From IMG/VR virus record IMGVR_UViG_3300049215_000481, positions 1 through 64,000 of that record: DNA of 64,000 nucleotides. The stretch is one strand, 5' to 3'. Source of the DNA: a virus. The notes under the pieces were generated by a model, which made no database searches, was not told where the DNA came from, and saw only the letters and a program-made list of their open reading frames with translations. Made by a program: the position numbers and the translations under genes. Shown here piece by piece: positions 61,860-64,000 of this stretch (the stretch's first letter is position 1; each line of letters opens with the position of its first letter).

Positions 61860-62467
61860 CTTTCCGTTGGTGGGTGTGCGGTCATGTACCGCTGTCCCGT
61901 GTAGAGTTCGAATAGCGATTCATTCAACGGCTCGCCGAGAGCGAATGCCTTCTGCAGCGCGACCTTCCAGAAGTCGAGCGCCAGACGTGCTGCCGGCTGC
62001 GGGATGGCCGACCCCTTCTCGACCTCCACCTCCAGGAAGCGCCTCCCGTCGTTGGCAATCTCGCACAGAGAGACGCAGACGTCGTACGTCCCGAGGTCGC
62101 ACACGCAGTGGTACTTGAAGTCGTGGACGTCACCCTTGCGCAGCGTGACGATGGGGGCCCAGCCCGTCTCGCGCAGGAACGCGTCGACGTCCTCCGGGGT
62201 GGTCTCCGGCCCAAACGTCAGGTCGATCTCGATGCGGTCTGCGGTGCTGTAGTTGCTTTTGCGCTTCTTGACCGTCAGCTCGCCCGCGCCGCCCTTGAGT
62301 CGGTGGCGGACGACGCCAGCCTGTCCGTTGATGTAGTAGACGTCCGTGTGCGATTGCCCGCTGCGGGTCGCGTAGGGTCGCCCCTCCTTGCACCAGTGGA
62401 CGAACGCCTTGGTCGAGACGTGCGTGGCGTCGAACTTGTACTCGATCTCTGAGTGCTTGTCGGTCAT
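61856..62467 (-). CDS. CYTH/triphosphate tunnel metalloenzyme
   Basis: EIEYKF...DVYY...RHR...LTVK...RIEID...FLEVE. Confidence 0.85.
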   Translation of the reverse strand: MTDKHSEIEYKFDATHVSTKAFVHWCKEGRPYATRSGQSHTDVYYINGQAGVVRHRLKGGAGELTVKKRKSNYSTADRIEIDLTFGPETTPEDVDAFLRETGWAPIVTLRKGDVHDFKYHCVCDLGTYDVCVSLCEIANDGRRFLEVEVEKGSAIPQPAARLALDFWKVALQKAFALGEPLNESLFELYTGQRYMTAHPPTER

Positions 62468-63477
62468 GTGAAACTTCGCGTGAGCGCCTCGACCGCGTTC
62501 GCCATGTCGCGTGGTGCCAGCCCGAGAGACGCCCGGTACCAGCCAGGCTCCCGCTGTCCGAAGACGCTGCCGCGGAGCATGTGCACGTCCGCCTTCTTGA
62601 GGGCGCGCTCGAACGCCGGCTGTGCGTCGACCCTGATCTGGAACCACGCGAACATGCCGAGACCCTCAGGAGCGAAGCGCTCGACGATCTTCAGGCCGTA
62701 CAGCCCCTCCTGCAGTGTGAAGTGGTTCATGTTGATGACCTGCGCAGCCGTCTCGGTGCTGACCGAGAGGTCGGTCGACAACATCCGTGCGACGAGCCGC
62801 TGCGACAGGTTGGAGACGCCAGACGTTGTCGACTCGACGAACATCGCCGCGCGCTCGGCGAGCTGTGGGTTCTCCGTCACGAGCCAGCCGACGCGCAGCC
62901 CGGAGACGCCCAGCATCTTCGACGCGGACTCGACCTTCACCTCCCAGGTGAATGGCTCCTTCCAGCGCCAGCCGTAGAGCGGACTGGCGTACGCCGCGTC
63001 CCAGATCTGGGTGTGCTTGGCGCGCTCGTAGTCCCAGCCGCAAGGGTTCCCGGGAGCCGTGAGGATGCGGCACACGTCCTCGGGGTGGTAGTTGGGCAGC
63101 GACTCCTCGTCGCGGATGAACGTCAGGAGCTGGTTGCGCGCCAGCGTCTCGAAGCTCGGCCAGTAGGGCCTCTTCGCGTACACGGCACCCAGGGCGACAC
63201 CGCCTGGCATCGACGTCGCGTAGTAGTGCAACGCCGCTTCCAGCGCCTGCTTCGCGCCGTTCGCCACGACCACGTGCATGCCCGGGTAGCGTGCCCGGAG
63301 CTGCTCCAGCAGCTCAGGATGGCCTCCCAGCTCCGGGTACTGCAGGTCCTCCTCGCGAGCCGCGAGCCGCGGGATCTCCAGGCGCGCGGCCAGGATGCTC
63401 TGCAGGCAGTAGGGCTCCCCGATGGCGAGGTTGAACCCGGTGCCGCGCTTCTTCGCGAACGCGATGTCGTGGTTCAC
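62464..63477 (-). CDS. PLP-dependent aminotransferase class I/II
   Basis: NLAIGEP, ANGAKQAL, PGNPCG, DAAY, SASKMLGVSGLRVGW. Confidence 0.9.
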   Translation of the reverse strand: MNHDIAFAKKRGTGFNLAIGEPYCLQSILAARLEIPRLAAREEDLQYPELGGHPELLEQLRARYPGMHVVVANGAKQALEAALHYYATSMPGGVALGAVYAKRPYWPSFETLARNQLLTFIRDEESLPNYHPEDVCRILTAPGNPCGWDYERAKHTQIWDAAYASPLYGWRWKEPFTWEVKVESASKMLGVSGLRVGWLVTENPQLAERAAMFVESTTSGVSNLSQRLVARMLSTDLSVSTETAAQVINMNHFTLQEGLYGLKIVERFAPEGLGMFAWFQIRVDAQPAFERALKKADVHMLRGSVFGQREPGWYRASLGLAPRDMANAVEALTRSFT

Positions 63478-63734
63478 AGACCCTTCATCGCAATGCGCTT
63501 CAGCTCGACCACCTTTGCTTCGAGTGCCGCCGCCTTGGTGAGCGCCGCCTTCTTGACCTTCGCCACAGCTTCGGCGCGCGTCCCGAACGCGTCCGTGCCG
63601 ATGCGCACGAACACGAACATCTGGGTGATGCCCGTGCCGGACTTGAAGTACGTGGCGTTCTGCCCCTGGACGACCTCGCCCTCCACTTCCAGGATGCCGC
63701 GGGTCTCCCACCACTTCGTGACGTAGGCCTTCAC
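63474..63734 (-). CDS. hypothetical protein
   Basis: GTG start KAYVTKWWETRGI. Confidence 0.6.
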   Translation of the reverse strand: MKAYVTKWWETRGILEVEGEVVQGQNATYFKSGTGITQMFVFVRIGTDAFGTRAEAVAKVKKAALTKAAALEAKVVELKRIAMKGL

Positions 63735-63735
63735 C

Positions 63736-64000
63736 TCACCACTCCAGGCGCAGCGACAGGCCGCCGTCGAGGTGGGTGCTCGCCCAGGCGCCGATGAACA
63801 GCGGGCCAGCAAGGCGGCGCTCGACCAGGACGTTCGCCATCACGTGCTTCAGCGGCAGCGGCGACAGCAGGTTGAAGGGCTGCGCCCCCATCCCGAATGC
63901 GGGAGCGAACTCGAAGCCGGGCATCACCGCGAGCGACCACTGCGGCTTGGCGCGCTCGATCGTCTTCGTCACCTCGCGGTCGCGGTACACGACCCTGTCC
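63736..64000 (-). CDS. hypothetical protein, 5' end outside window
   Basis: Open high-GC3 frame to window edge. Confidence 0.55.
   Translation of the reverse strand, partial: DRVVYRDREVTKTIERAKPQWSLAVMPGFEFAPAFGMGAQPFNLLSPLPLKHVMANVLVERRLAGPLFIGAWASTHLDGGLSLRLEW

Overview
A 64-kb internal segment of a large, GC-rich temperate tailed phage with a contractile-type baseplate. The host is inferred to be myxobacterial from integrase type, a nucleoid-like protein and kelch-rich proteins. The phage is in its free, unintegrated form, because an intact attP (3' half of tRNA-Thr(CGU) flanked by arm repeats) sits beside integrase 1. Layout: (i) 1-14.8 kb, mostly leftward small accessory genes plus an IS1595-type transposase fragment, tRNA-Ala, a PRTase, attP/int/xis, a glycosyltransferase, a LemA/TPM-like pair and a kinase-like gene; (ii) 14.8-16.1 kb, a repeat-rich non-coding divergence point; (iii) 16.1-29 kb, a rightward accessory and anti-defence block (NDT, NADAR, a tRNA-like RNA, HADs, HNH, Prs-like + NAMPT-like = NARP1-type NAD+ reconstitution); (iv) a second, orphan tyrosine recombinase; (v) 30.5-53.8 kb, baseplate/tail/lysis genes including a 2245-aa kelch-containing baseplate J and an embedded glycosyl-/methyltransferase pair; (vi) 53.8-64 kb, leftward helicase, peptide deformylase, dUTPase, RNA-repair genes, CYTH and an aminotransferase. 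The strongest unexplained signal is (GA)TTCGCTAT, with 21 exact copies counted by eye plus variants, almost always followed exactly 9 nt later by either ATG or the first base of a Shine-Dalgarno. A second motif, (C/T)AATCTT, marks structural genes. All calls come from motif reading and recalled family resemblance; no searches were run. Many start codons were adjusted from the ORF track, and several small genes appear frameshifted (decay or assembly error).
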